Positions 48,474 to 61,817 are shown, counted from the first letter of the whole stretch. The stretch is DNA of 63,735 nucleotides, filler included, from Licmophora abbreviata (GCA_900291995.1; 10 parts of 10 records of this genome joined end to end with filler, not necessarily neighbours in it), one strand, 5' to 3'. The notes: a model not told the origin generated them from the letters alone. Translations and numbers: made by a program.

Positions 48474-49989
48474 GAAAAACGCGCCGTTCATGACGTTTGT
48501 CTTATGTGGAATGCAGTCGGCCGGAAAAAGTACCCTAGTGGAACGCTTCATGAACGATGTTCTTAACATCATTCAAGAGGGGACTGGTACTCGATGTCCT
48601 CTTGACGTTACGTGCATTCACGATGACTCGTGCTCAGTACCAATGTGTGAGCTGAGGGGCACTGAGCTCGCGAATGGAATGGGCGGGAGGAGACTTTCAG
48701 TCCAGAAGGTCTTTGAGCAGATCACTGATCACAGCCGACGCCTGGCCAACGAAGATCGCTTTGGCACGGATACGCTCCGGCTTGTCTATAGATCCAGCAA
48801 TGTCCAAAATATGAGATTTGTCGACACTCCGGGGATTATCTCGAACAAGAGCACTGGAAGAGACAACCGTGACGAGATCAAGGCTATCTTGCAGAGTGAG
48901 ATGCGCAAGGAGAACACAAAGCTGTGCGTCCTCCTAGAACCCAAAGAATTTGCGACGAACCCGATAGTTGACTTCTGCGATGAGAGTTTCGGGAATCGCG
49001 ACAAGTGGATTGGCGACGCCATTTTTCTCATGACGAAGTTCGACAAACAGCTTGAAGATTCGCGGACGGCTAGTAAAGCAAATGCATTCTTCAGAGAGTT
49101 CCAAGTAAATGACTGCTTTCCGCATCTGGTCATCACTCCAACGCTTCCAAAAGAAGATCTTCCTCCGCAAGAACTCTTTGACGCGCGACTGGAGCTGCTC
49201 GAATCAGCGGATCTTCAGGAAAAGGAGCGGTTTGCCGATTGGCAAAGTGGCCACGACCGCTTCCGCGAAGAGAATCCAGGGAACGATGATCTATTGGACG
49301 AGGAGGTTGAGAGCAGAATCGGATTCCGAACAGCAAAAGCTGCAATGCGGAAGATCATGCTGGAAGACACCGCCAAAAGACTACCGGAAGTTTTGCAGTC
49401 ACTTCGCAACGAGCTCTCGACCTGTCTCAAAGAACAGAAGACTCTGCAGGAAAAGGAGAAGTTCAACAACCCACAAACGCTCAAACAGGTGGTTTTGCAG
49501 ATCCTTTGGCATATGGAGAAGCGAATGCTTTCGTATCTGGACGGCGACCTCGAGGCAGCAATGAAATTTCCAGATATGCTGCAGACTCTAGAAGAAGAAA
49601 TTGATGAGGAAGAGGACTCAGAATGGTCAACCAGGGAGTTGAATCATTACACGGAAGCCGAGGATAACTGGCGTGACCTTATCGCCAGTCTTCAAGGAGA
49701 CTACTCGCAGGCAGTACAGGCTGAGAAGAAGTTTCTCGGCGGAAAACAAGTTCAGCGAGCCATTCATTTCTTTGGAGAGGTAATGATCGAAGCCCTTCCC
49801 GACCCCNNNNNNNNNNNNNNNNNNNNNNNNNNNNNNNNNNNNNNNNNNNNTTAATTAATTAANNNNNNNNNNNNNNNNNNNNNNNNNNNNNNNNNNNNNN
49901 NNNNNNATCGTCTTGGTGAGTTGGCAGAGCAGATCACAGGACTGAAGGATTCGTTGGACGAAGTGCAGCGAATGCAGAGGCGAATGTAG
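48474..49989 (+). CDS. Dynamin-related GTPase (5' end in or before gap 48374-48473; middle lost in gap 49807-49906)
   Basis: G1 GMQSAGKS, G2 TRCP, G3 DTPG, G4 TKFD. A coiled-coil tail RLGELAEQITGLKDSLDEVQRMQRRM* after the gap is assigned by inference. Confidence 0.85.
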
Positions 49990-50269
49990 ACGCAAGGTCT
50001 ACGATACAACTATTCGAGCTAAGTGTTCTATGTAGTATTGAGCAACGTTATTTTAAAGTGCGAGTTAGCAGACTAGCAGGAGGACATTCTCAATCAAATG
50101 ATGCAGCCATGTCGCTGCGAAGATGTGTGTTCCCGGTGATGGTGCGAAAAGTGCTTTGAATGAATTGAGTCGCATGAGTCACAATAATGATGGTGCGACG
50201 GCGCCTCTGATGTCCTGTGTTGTTGTGTCTTGCATCCCATCACGCAAGCAGAAAACAGCTGGGTCGACA

Positions 50270-51733
50270 ATGGCAGAACCGACTGTGGGCATGGAAGACA
50301 GTGACGACGAGGCGCCAGTGCTGATAAACGTAGACAGCGAGGTGAAAGACAGAAAAACAAAATCGAACGACGACGCAGACAAAATCCGAACTCCTTCCAT
50401 CAGCCCTGACGCCCCCCTTATTTCGCCCTGTCCCGTCACGATTCTTTCAGGGTTCCTCGGCGCCGGGAAAACAACGCTCATTCAGTACATTTTGAAGTCT
50501 CCAGATCATGGGAGACGAATTGCAGTTATCGAGAATGAGTTCGGGGGCGGAGATGACGCTCTGTCGGTCGAGACCATGATTGCCCGGGACGGCGCCAACG
50601 AAGCGAGTTTGAGCGACTTGATTGAGCTCCCGAACGGTTGCATATGCTGCACTGTCAAGGATTCGCTAGTGACAACACTGGAGAACTTGCTGGAGAAGCG
50701 ACAAGACTTGGATTATATACTGATTGAAGCCAGTGGCATGGCGAATCCTGGACCGATTGCATCTCTGTTTTGGCTTGACGATGCGCTCGAAAGTCGATTG
50801 CGTCTGGACGGTGTTGTGACCCTGGTCGATGCCTATCACATCGCACGGCAGCTAAAAGAGACAGAGGAAGCAGCACAGCAGATCGCTTATGCTGATCGTA
50901 TCCTCTTGAACAAGGTAGACTTGGTCGACGACCTGGAGCTGGAGAGGGTAGTCGAAACGATTCGAAGTATTCATCCGACTGCCCCGATTCGAAGTACGAC
51001 CTATTCGAAAGTTCCCGACTTGGACTGGATACTAGACGCTGCTTGTTTTGATAATGATCGAGCGAAAGAAGTTGATGTGGTATTCGGGCAGCTGCAGCAG
51101 TCAGTACGGACTGTATCGCCTCACGCCATGTCGGGATGCAGTGAACCGTCCTGTCAACAGTGCACTCCTGAAACAGTCCTGTGTGTCGAGATTCCATCTA
51201 GTGAGCCACATCATATACATACGAGTGCGGTGGGTACAGTGGCTCTTGTTCGGAGCGGCTCGGCTAATCTCCAACAAATGAATGAATGGTTAGCTTCGAT
51301 ACTCTGGCCCAACCAAGACGAACGTGACAAGGTACTACGCGCCCGTCTTGAACGGTCCAGCGACGCGTCGAGGGACAAGCTGGAGAATACAAAGCCGACT
51401 GATACGATGACAATTTTTCGTGTCAAGGGGATCCTGTCAGTTCGACGAAGACTGGATGACATCGAGGAAGACGATCATGACTACGTGGACGACAACGGAA
51501 TCGACATTCGGCGGCACATTGTACAGGCTGTTCATGACTTGTGGGAGATTCATCCAGCCAGCTCCGATCTACACTGGGATCGGATACTGCCAGGCGAAAA
51601 TTCGCTTCCGAGCCGAGTGTGTAAACTTGTTGTCATCGGCAGACACTTGCGAGAAGAAGATCTGACACACGGATTCGAAGCCTGCTTTGATATAACTGAT
51701 GCATATGAATCATACGCTAATTTAAAATACTAG
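50270..51733 (+). CDS. CobW/COG0523 (ZNG1-like) metallochaperone GTPase
   Basis: GFLGAGKTT, ENEFG, GCICC, IEASG, LNKVD; CobW_C FRVKG...QAVH...LVVIGR. In-frame upstream ATGs also exist. Confidence 0.92.
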   Translation: MAEPTVGMEDSDDEAPVLINVDSEVKDRKTKSNDDADKIRTPSISPDAPLISPCPVTILSGFLGAGKTTLIQYILKSPDHGRRIAVIENEFGGGDDALSVETMIARDGANEASLSDLIELPNGCICCTVKDSLVTTLENLLEKRQDLDYILIEASGMANPGPIASLFWLDDALESRLRLDGVVTLVDAYHIARQLKETEEAAQQIAYADRILLNKVDLVDDLELERVVETIRSIHPTAPIRSTTYSKVPDLDWILDAACFDNDRAKEVDVVFGQLQQSVRTVSPHAMSGCSEPSCQQCTPETVLCVEIPSSEPHHIHTSAVGTVALVRSGSANLQQMNEWLASILWPNQDERDKVLRARLERSSDASRDKLENTKPTDTMTIFRVKGILSVRRRLDDIEEDDHDYVDDNGIDIRRHIVQAVHDLWEIHPASSDLHWDRILPGENSLPSRVCKLVVIGRHLREEDLTHGFEACFDITDAYESYANLKY

Positions 51734-51745
51734 CAACTGACTTCT

Positions 51746-53377
51746 CTAGAGGCTACCGTGCGATGTCTCAACAAGCGAGCTCCGCTCTGTGTCCTTCACC
51801 TCTACGATGGAGCTTGTTCGTCGTTCCCGAACAGCAGCGCTGACGGCATGCCAGTCAGCTTGGGTATACCAAAAAATCATCAACGCGTTCATTGCCACAT
51901 AAAAGTAAGGAAGATGAAACCATATCGCTCTTACTCCCCCGGGATGCCACACACTGACGTAAAGTACTGTTGGGAGACAGGCTAGCCACAGCGTCCCGCA
52001 GATTATGGCCGCCATTGGCAACTGCATCCCCAACGCCCGCATGATTCCACCGTTGATTCCGAAAATGTACATGTTCATTATATAGACGCACACATGACCC
52101 CAGATCTCGCGACAGCCCTTCCTGACTTCCTCGTCGGTGGAGAATAGACTGACAATGGTCGCTTGGAGAAAGTACAGCAAGGCTCCGCAAACCAACGCAA
52201 TCATAACTGTGAGCGCCATGTACGTTGCGGCGAGTTTCTTGGCATGGGACACACTGTCAGCAAGGACGTTCCCCATGCGGACACTGAGACCAATACTGAG
52301 ACCCAGCGGGATCATGAACGTGATAGGAACGAGATTGTATGCGGTGCTATGGATACAGAGTGGAACGACGCCCATGCGGCCGACAATGAAGCATACTATC
52401 AAACATTCAAACGAAATCGTGCATGAGGGCGTCTAAGGATATTGGAATTGTGTTGGCGTCATACCCACTCGACTTACCACACTCCCAGAACCACCATTCC
52501 TAAAGCGAGAACGAAACATATTTCAAAGAGGTAAGAGTCTCTCGTAGGGTCGTACTCTATATCGGCCACAACGAAGGCAATCAAAACTCACTGAAAGCGC
52601 CAGGACTCCACCTAGGCTCAACCGAAGAAACTTTAGCATTGGTTCCGCGCGAGCGGCTTCTTTCAACGTGGTAGAAGAAAGCCCTGGCCATGTCTCGGGG
52701 TGATAGACCCGTCTGACGTGCAGGTACAAGAACACAAGTGTGGTTTGTATCAACTGTGTGCTGACAATGGCGACTCCTGATCCCAGGAAGCCAATCCAAG
52801 GGATCAAGACGGATAGCAGGAAAGGATGAATAAACACACAGCCAATCAATCCACCAAAGAGCATGGGCAAGACGATATGTTGCGCCGCCAAGAATCGTTG
52901 TGTTACTCGAAACAACAAGACAAACGGTACCCCCAAGACGTAAATGCGAAGCCATCGCGATGCCAAGGCCGACGCGATCGGATCTTGTCCCAATGAGTCG
53001 AAAAACACGTCCGCCACTGTACACAGCGGAATTATTGGAACCAACAGTAGTGCACTACACACTAGAAATCCTCGAATGGCAAGAATTCCGACTTCAGGGA
53101 GCCTTCCGGTACCGTAAGCACGCGGCGTAAGGGTGTCGTTCGCCGACAATGCCCCGACCATGACGGACAGGCACATCATGTTCCCAGTCAAGGTCGCCAG
53201 CGAAAATCCAGCCAATGCCTCGCTCCCCAGATTCCTCCCGACAGCGGAGGCTGTCTGAGGATAGTAGAAAAAAGCGCTGAACTGCACTGCCACGGTTGGC
53301 AATGAAATCTTGAGCAAAAGATGGGCTTCCTCCGCCAGCTTGAACTTCTTCACCGATTCGTCGCCATTCGTCGCCAT
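51746..53377 (-). CDS. MATE-family efflux transporter (includes 22-nt exon 52478-52499)
   Basis: DTLTPRAYG, RFLAAQ, EWWFWE (small exon), SVRMGNVL and GIMRALG; many TM segments. Confidence 0.9.
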
Positions 53378-53815
53378 TTTCTCGTCTTCGGAGCAGCGGG
53401 GTGATACGCAAGCATAAACGCACTAGAAAATTGGTCTCTCATATAAAGAAGGTCGCTCAATGGTCGGAAAAGTGTCGCGGTAAGGATGATGCCTTATGTC
53501 GTCGCCGGGTTTTGGGTTTTGCCATCATCTGACGGGAAGAAGAAACGCAAGTTAGTCGAAGGGGTCAATTTTTGTGCCGCGCGATTGACATCATTTCTCG
53601 CGCTGAATCGTTCCATGGAAGACGATCCTGGCCACCCAAAATCGTGATGCCGAGACACGACATCGTCCTCACCGCCGCGACGTCGACGGCAGCCATCACA
53701 TCAACCAAGGAAACCACAAACTACAGCCACGTCTTCTCTGGCGTCGAGGCTGTCGTCGACTGCAGCTTGTTTTGGACCGTCTATATTGTTTGAGCGCTCC
53801 TACTTTTATTTCGAA

Positions 53816-55018
53816 ATGACGAAAACCATGGAGGTTCGAGTCCGAAATTCGGCATCGATGCCGTCACTTCTTCTACTTGCCACCATCAGTATCTTATTGC
53901 CCGGATCCCGGGCTTTCTCTACACATGCTAAGAGACAACCATTCGTTTCTCGTGTATCTCCTCCTCTCTTCATGGCTAGTTTTGCTGCCGATGGCTCGGA
54001 GTATTCCTCGAAAGATTCGGACTACGACGACGACGACAAGGATACGATGGGTCAGCGAGGGCCAGGCGGCTTTCAGCCGGACGAGGGCGACAGTCCAACG
54101 GTGGAATTGAAACCTGTCCCCATGTCCAAGAACAGTGGAAACCGGTTTGTTGTCTTTCTATGGGATCGGTTGTTGGACCAGAAAGACAGAGACGTATTGG
54201 ATCTTCACCATGACCGCATCGAGCTGACGGAAGATCATGTCATGTTCTGTAGAAAGGCGAATCTGTACAATGATGATTTCAATACGGACAGCATGGTGGA
54301 TGTTCTGTGGAGCTACCCAATGTAAGTGTAAAGGACAGAGTGCTTCGATCGTTGAAGCTGTGTTCATCGGCTTATTGACCGTTTATTGTTGTCGCCCATC
54401 AGTCTGGCATCTGACCTCAAACGAGTCATTGGACATGCCATGTGCATGGAGTCGACCCAGCTCGAACACATTCACGAATTCTTGGCAAAGGAACCCATAC
54501 TACGCTCCCTCACAGGCGGAGATATATCAAACGTGCCTCTCTATCGGTGGCGCCACATTCGTGACTACTCATTGCGGCAGGACGACGGTCGAATCGGGTC
54601 GCCGGCCATGGTGCTGGCTCTTGATAGCGATGCCGAGACGGGCGTTGGCAATGTTCGAGATGAGCTGAGCGAGTCTCATTTGGAATATCTTATTCGGAGT
54701 GAGAGAGTCATTGCAGCCGGGCCGTTGCATCTCCCGACCGAGTTCAAAGACGATCCTTCGAGTATCGCAGTCGGTGATTTGATGCTGTTCAATGCCAAAG
54801 ACAGAGACGGCGCCATTGAATTTGTGGAGAGTAGTCCATATGCAAAAGAAGGCCTGTATCAGAGCATGCGTGTACACTTTTACAACAGTCTGGACGTGAC
54901 AGGCAAGTTCGTGTCGGAAGACGAGCTACGGGAAGCGCCATGTGAACAAATGAAGGAAGCGCTTGGCGTTTGGGGTTATCCGGTGCGGGACGATCAGACG
55001 CCATGGCTTAACTGGTAG
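53816..55018 (+). CDS. YCII-related domain protein, probably plastid-targeted (intron 54322-54402)
   Basis: Signal peptide followed by SRAF; HLEYL...IAAGPL...GDLMLF...EFVESSPYAKEGLY. Confidence 0.7.
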
Positions 55019-55089
55019 TGCCGTGTGCTCCGAATTAAAAAGGATGAAGCTGCTCTCAAGAATGCTCCATCTTTCGAGTTGCTTTGCCA

Positions 55090-55842
55090 CTAAATTGGTC
55101 TCAACTTAGTCTTATTGTTTGGGCCATCCACGGGCCTCCACCCTTCGTCCCCAATATGTGCGGCGCCGAACGCACCGACCTTTACCATGTGACCCAGATT
55201 CTGCTTCATGGCCAACGCATCCAGACGCATCTGCTCCAGCTCACGATCCTTCGGAAAATTTTTCAAGCCGCGCTCAATCGTCAAAAGGCTCTCCTCCGGC
55301 GACTCCTCCTCGTAAAGCTGGAGCGCTGCTAGACTCAAGTAGCTCGCAAGACACTTTGGGTCCTTTCGAATTGATTTTTGTAACAAGCTTTTTGCCATCC
55401 TTCGGGAGCCCTTGTCGTTCCCCTTCTTCAATACGCCCAACGCTTCCCTGTGACGGAGTTGTGCTCGTTAGAACGAACCACGCCCGACATCTTGCACAAC
55501 AATCAACCACTTACTTGTGTAGCTGCTCCGCTGAAGGAGGAAACATCGTTCGATAGAAGATTCGCGATACTCTCACGCACACCAGCGTGGCGGCAAGACN
55601 NNNNNNNNNNNNNNNNNNNNNNNNNNNNNNNNNNNNNNNNNNNTTAATTAATTAANNNNNNNNNNNNNNNNNNNNNNNNNNNNNNNNNNNNNNNNNNNNA
55701 CCAGCGTGGCGGCAAGACTAAACATCAAGGGCACAACGATCTTGACGAAGACGTCTCGCAGGAATTCCGGGGCATGCTCAAGATCCTCCTGCCACTGAGT
55801 GAACAGACTCTCTAGCGTACGTGCAATGCCAGACGTGCGCAT
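55090..55842 (-). CDS. TM-anchored TPR-like protein (intron 55448-55514; spans gap 55600-55699)
   Basis: Gap flanks overlap by 19 nt and merge in frame (FSLAATLVCVRVSR). TPR-like AKSLLQKSIRKDP...SYLSLA...IERGLKNFP. Confidence 0.65.
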
Positions 55843-56274
55843 ATTGATTGATTGCTCCGTCTTGTACCTGCTCACAGGGGTGGGGGGACGAAGTTGATGC
55901 AGAAGGTCAACGGCATCAGCTTTGCAGTTTGAAGTTGATCATCGACACATTGAACATGCGAGATGCCGCGGTCATTGTCGTCGTCATTGTGTCATTCGAT
56001 GAGTGTTTCTCGGAGCGAGCTCGCGAGCTCTCTCCCATAATGTTACTCCACGTGGCACTCCAACTAGACCAAATTTTCCGGTGCAAGACTCGACTCCTAT
56101 TTCTCCCGGCACCTATTCCATCAACAATGCCATCCGTCCGACCATTGGGAGAGTCCATAGCAATTCATACGAGTAGGAGAGGCGTCATGGTCCAATGGCT
56201 CACAAAACAGAAGAGAACGACGGAGAGCATCGACTCGTCGTCGTTGGTGGATTGTCAGCTTTGCTGGGCTATCA

Positions 56275-57349
56275 ATGATGCAGGCAGAACGCCGTGCAAT
56301 GTTGCCGACGGTGTCCCCAGAACGCATTCATGCAGAGAAAGACTCCAGAAAAAAGATCTCGCAAGAGAAGGCGACATTTACAGCTCCTACTCTTTCACCG
56401 GCAGCCGAGACGAAAGACAATCCCGAGAAGGCTGTACCCTCTCTCCGAGAGTCCTTCTTGTACAGCTCTCGCCTACTGTCCAGCCGACAGCAATCAACGA
56501 AAAGAGAACGACGAGCAACGTCGTGCTTACCTCGTTGGTCTCCGCCAACGAGGCCTTCCCCCGAAATTCTGTCGCCGCCACAAGCGCGTCGCGTCACCTC
56601 CCTCTCTTCGCACTTCCGCTTTCGTGGTCAGCCTTCATTTCCAGTCCAGGCTCGACGCCAGCACCGTTCGCAGTCTGTCCCACGCAACGATTTCAAATTA
56701 CATCTCAACTTTCAGTACCAAGTGATTGGGGACCCTTCCCTCAAAGTCTTGCGTCTACGACTCCCACCGCACCTGTTGGACGTGGTTGACAAGATTGTGC
56801 TTGGGTGCGAAGCGCATGCAGCCACGCTCGCCAATGGCTGGTTTACGGAACTATACTCTCTCACCAAACAAGACATTGCCCTGGCGGAAGCTCCACACTT
56901 GTACAAGCTTGCGAGTCCCATTACCAACTATATCAAACGTGCGATGACTACCTTGTACGGTGCCAAAACCGTCAAGATGGATCGCAACCAGCCCCATGTG
57001 CTCAAGTACGCTGTCGATCAGGGACATACGGGAGTCGAACTGCATCACGATAAGTGTGACGTGACGGCCAACATGTGTCTTTCTCGCAGCAGTAGTTACG
57101 TCGGTGGAGGGTGCGTGCGTGTTTGTATGAACCGTATGTGCTTGCTTGTCTGTCGGGTCCTCGCATGTCTGCTTATCTTTCTTCTTGAACTCTGCAATAA
57201 CACACAGAACATTCTTTCCAGCTCTTGGTCATGCCGTTCGCTTGGAGTTTGGAGAGTTCCTGTTGCATCCCGGTTCTCTCGTTCACGGTGGCATGAATAT
57301 CCAAAGCGGTACTCGCCACTTGATGGTAATTTTCGCGCACATCAAGTAG
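56275..57349 (+). CDS. 2-oxoglutarate/Fe(II) dioxygenase (prolyl/lysyl-hydroxylase-like; intron 57111-57207)
   Basis: HHDKCDVTAN...YVGGGTFF...LLHPG-x-LVHGG...SGTR gives the HxD...H...R set. Confidence 0.8.
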
Positions 57350-57928
57350 TGAGTGGTACAGTAGATTCATCGACCCATCGGAAGGCCACCAGGGTATACA
57401 TTTTAGAGGACAATGCGTTTTCAGAGTTTTGACATTGGCCAGAGAACCATGCGTCCTTTTCCGCACCACATGCGACACACTCCGTGACAACAAAAAGGTA
57501 TCTTTCCGTAATCACAGCATGTCGCATTGGAAAATGAAGTTGTATTTCTCGTTCTACCGTTCGGTGCTGCGCTTCCTCTTGGCTACATAGTAGAAAGTAG
57601 AGGCTGCTTCCCCTCACATCGACAGGAGACGTTCATCGCGTATGATGATCATGAGGCGGTAATGTGTGTGGCTCCGCCGACGCGACGACGAGAGATTCGA
57701 AAACCTCTTTCAATTTGCTCGCGCAAATTGATACTCCGTCCCTAAAACCATTCTAACAGATTTCGACGTTTTTCGCCGATTCGACTGACTCTCTTCATCA
57801 AAAGCGCGAACAAAACTGAAACGAAACTCACAATGAGATGCAGATGAGATGCCGAATCATCTGGACTCACAACGACTGATACCTTTTGTTCTCCATCTCT
57901 CTTACCGACGAAACCTGCAAAATACGCA

Positions 57929-59255
57929 ATGATGATTGGAAGTTCGTTCAGTGATAATCATGAGGATACCATTCGAATGCTGGGTGGATCAGCGAATAGT
58001 CGCAAGGAACTCAGTCGCATGGAAATCAGGACAGGCGATGACGATGACGACGACGACGACTTTTCTCCCATTTTCAACTGTCGATTGGCTTCCGTCGTTC
58101 TAGGGCTCATGGCGTTCGCAGCTGCGGCCATTTTGTTATCATCACGACATGCACCGAAACCGCAAAGCCTTATCGATTTTTCTTGCCCCGCAGTCGTCGC
58201 TCATCCCGACAACGTGGACGAGCAGGCCTTTGAGACCAACTATGTGAATGAGACTCTTGCCATGGCGACCAATATTACGGAATTCCTTGAGACCTTTCGA
58301 GAATCGGGATATGACAACTGGGGACATACGTACGAGGAAGTGAAGAAGGGCATGTATCACTGGAAGTCGACGTACTTTCCGCCCAATCTGCAAGACGGAG
58401 ACTCTATTTTCGAATCGGCCTGCGGGGTCGGCCTCAATTTGTACATGACTCTTGAAATATTAAATGAGATCAAGGAAATCGAATCGTTGGTGGTCTATGG
58501 GAATGAGTATCTACAAATTTCGGCCGACAAGGCCAATGCCGTCTTTGACCACATTGCGCCGTTCCACTCGGTCAAGGGGTCCATCTGCACTGCCGATAGT
58601 TCGAATCTGCAGTTTGTCCCATCGAATGCGTTCGATTTGGTGTACACTGGTTACATAAGGTACGTGTACATGGGGCGACAGCGAGAGATATTATGTTGTT
58701 GTCACCATCCGCACGAAATCTTGTTCACGACTGACTCACTCATCACTCCTGTTTGTTGCATCGTGTTATCATAGTCCGATTTACGATCCACTGCATTTTG
58801 ACCTTGGGGTGGACGATGGTTTCTCAATGTACGCGGAACTGTGCAAAGCCGATAAAGAGGACTGGAAATCACTCAAGCTCTCCGAGATGGCGCAAAAGGT
58901 TCAAAACGACTTTTATGGAAAGTGGGTCGCCGAGATGGTGCGAATCGCCAAGGTAAGCAGACATATTTGGTCTGCGTCTCTTCCTTGTATAGTAAAGCCA
59001 TCGCAATGTCGTATCTAACATACATGGAGCGACCCGTTTCATGTGAAGCCCGGAAAAGCAATCATCATTGAACAGGTGAGCAAGCCACTATGCGATGCTT
59101 TCTTTGATTGGGGTGGCGTTGCCAAGGAATGGTGGAAGCCAGCTATCGAAGAGTACCACTGGGATGTCGACCAGGACTCGATCGAGATGGAAAAAGACGA
59201 GATATTCACGGATCGATATCATGTCTTTATGCGAAAGAACCGCGCGTCATCGTAG
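57929..59255 (+). CDS. Type II membrane SAM-dependent methyltransferase (introns ~58660-58774, ~58953-59048)
   Basis: N-terminal TM; motif I IFESACGVG; FDLVYTG; EMVRIAK|PGK across the second intron. Confidence 0.75.
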
Positions 59256-59581
59256 AAGCGGGGGGCTCTGTTGTACATAAGAGAGTGCATAAACAGAAGA
59301 AACGTTTGTTGTGCAAGGCCCAGTTTACTACATTGAAAATTAGACACTACTTTCATAAAACAAAACTGACTTTTGGCAACGGAAGAGCCATGGACCGCGG
59401 AGAATAAACTTGCGAGCATTCTCCGAGAGAAGGACGTATGGATCACTTGGTAATAGTTTACCCGAGTGAATAGCAGAGCAGCAGTAGATGCTGTTCAGAT
59501 ACAAAGGAAGATGAAGATGAAGAGTCGCACAAGGGTGGGTGCGACTGTAGTTATTTCTTGAAACAAGTCTTGTTTCGCTTT

Positions 59582-61090
59582 TTAACAGGCATGTTGCATG
59601 GCGGCACACGCGGCTTCCACCAGAGTCGGAAACAACGGAGCCTCTCGTGGCAAAAGGCTAGTGCCCTGTTGAGAGACCCCCTTGGTAGACCGTGGCGAGA
59701 CAAGGGTCGGGACAGTAAACTTGGTTTTCATGGGGGTCCGCGGCGCAAATTGCATTGCCACCATGTCCGGCGATCGAGGCTGCGGAGACACCATGCGAAT
59801 GGGTCCATCGTCGTCGAGATTTTCGGGGAGGGGAAAGTATATAGGTCTGTCGGTCGTCTCAAAGTCACTGTCGCCCAAGTAGGACGAAGGGGGCGATGGA
59901 TAGCGTGGAGTGACAACGGCGGCACGTACACTTTCGGTGTTGTCGTCCTTGGAGGCGTAGGGCTGCGGACTGGTGAAGCCAGCTTCGGGGGCTTCGACGG
60001 TCTTCGCCATTTCTGGCACCTCCGACTCTGTGCTAGCTTGAGGCTGTAGCAAAGCTTCTGACGATGCCTTCACCACAACACGGCTGCTCCTCTCCATCAT
60101 GGTTGCAAGCACGTGCGTGTCAATCTGGATGTTGACGTCCGTCAGTTCTTCTGAGCCATCGTCCGAGCTGAGGAAGGTCCCTTCGATGATGCCCGGTGCT
60201 GCAATCGTGACTTCGACATACCCGGCCGGAGTTTGAAGATCGATCACCGTCTCAAAGGCGAGCGCATGACTGACACGATAGGTGTAAGACGTTTCAGTCG
60301 TCAGCAGGGACGCTACTTCGACTTTGCTCTTCTTTGCTGGAGGAGCAAAGGCGTCGTCGCCCCGGTTAATGCGCTGTGGCAGAACTCGGAAGCTTGTTCG
60401 AGCCGCAATGAGCTCCGTCTTGGAGGCAGCTTCGCGAAGCGAGGCAATCACCCGGGCTTCGGTAGTCTTGAGGAGCTCTCTGAGATCTTGTTCCGTGGCG
60501 CCCTCCGCTTTGAGTTCTTGCTCCTTGACCACAAGCTTTCGCGACAGGGAGTTAGTCCAAACCTTCGTTCGCCATTCAAGAGCCTTGTAGAACGAACGAA
60601 GAACGTTTCGTCCCAGAGCTTCTCCAGAGGCCTGCAATGCGTCTGGATCCTCAGAATTCAAGCTTCTAGCCAAGAGGACTGCGGGAGGTGGCGAGGGAGA
60701 TTCTGGTGAAGGATTGAAGTCACCGTTGGTTCCTGCCTTGCTCGTAGAGGGAGAGGTAGTGTCGTCCTTGTAGTTTCGTTCCAGCGATAAGGCAGGGCAC
60801 GCGAACGAAAAGCTCCCGAGTGACGTTGCACTGTCTTGTTCACTATAGTCTCGACACCTCATCCAGGGGTCTGCCTCTTCGTCAAAAGACAATTTTTGAC
60901 TCAGCGGTTGAGAAGACAAGAGACTCATCAAGAGCTGAGCTTCTTCCCGTACGTCCCCTGTCTTCGGGAGAGAACTCTTGGCCCCCGTATAATTCTCGAA
61001 GTGACAAGCGACTTCGGCCAAAGTCATCTGTTCAGTAGTCAGAGGCGAGTCCTCCCATTGCGCTTGAGGAAAAGCGTCATCGTATGCCAT
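59582..61090 (-). CDS. Hypothetical protein (502 aa)
   Basis: Long ATG-initiated ORF with a globular central region and Pro/Ser-rich tail; no family recognised. Confidence 0.7.
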   Translation of the reverse strand: MAYDDAFPQAQWEDSPLTTEQMTLAEVACHFENYTGAKSSLPKTGDVREEAQLLMSLLSSQPLSQKLSFDEEADPWMRCRDYSEQDSATSLGSFSFACPALSLERNYKDDTTSPSTSKAGTNGDFNPSPESPSPPPAVLLARSLNSEDPDALQASGEALGRNVLRSFYKALEWRTKVWTNSLSRKLVVKEQELKAEGATEQDLRELLKTTEARVIASLREAASKTELIAARTSFRVLPQRINRGDDAFAPPAKKSKVEVASLLTTETSYTYRVSHALAFETVIDLQTPAGYVEVTIAAPGIIEGTFLSSDDGSEELTDVNIQIDTHVLATMMERSSRVVVKASSEALLQPQASTESEVPEMAKTVEAPEAGFTSPQPYASKDDNTESVRAAVVTPRYPSPPSSYLGDSDFETTDRPIYFPLPENLDDDGPIRMVSPQPRSPDMVAMQFAPRTPMKTKFTVPTLVSPRSTKGVSQQGTSLLPREAPLFPTLVEAACAAMQHAC

Positions 61091-61817
61091 TCTGTCGACA
61101 AGTAGCGCACTAAACTAGCGATCGGCGAGGCGAGTGGAAGTGTTCTCTCTGATCACAATGAAGGATTCGTCTTTGGGTGCACTTGTTCGGTGACACCAAT
61201 GCTCTTTCCCTCCTTCTTGCCTTTGCGATTTCACTGGCTGATGAGTGATCTACTGATTCCTCTGTAAGACGCTACGTACGTGTTTCAGTTCCAAACTCAG
61301 TACGAATTTGTCGTTGATTCTACGGAAGCATCTTTGTTCGCTGCAGAATCGCTCTTTTCCTTCCATGCTTGNNNNNNNNNNNNNNNNNNNNNNNNNNNNN
61401 NNNNNNNNNNNNNNNTTAATTAATTAANNNNNNNNNNNNNNNNNNNNNNNNNNNNNNNNNNNNNNNNNNNNTTACAAAGTTTATGCTCTCTTGCGTGATC
61501 CTCGCCTATGTAAATTTTCATGCGTTGGATATATATGAGCCCCTGTCAAGACTGATGTCGTAGTATGACGTCAACGATACTTGAAGTTGTGCGCCGTACA
61601 AGCGGACAGGCGCCATCAGATCATCCATTACCGCTGGCCATTCATTCTCCGTCAAAAGCGACGGCAGTGTGACGCAAAAGATGATGTGTGGCTGGTTCGG
61701 CACGACGGAACAAATTGACAGAACAATCACAACCACGCAACTGTGTGAGCGACGATAAACACCATCAGTCCACAGTTCATCTTGTCCCTACCTTTGTACA
61801 TTCATATAATACAGTCC

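Noticed and set aside
55848..56789. 313-aa ORF overlapping the 2OG-dioxygenase in another frame
   Set aside because: Non-ATG start as listed and no domain features; the overlapping frame carries the catalytic motifs.
58037..58060. (GAT/GAC)n microsatellite
   Set aside because: Short in-frame poly-Asp tract; unremarkable.
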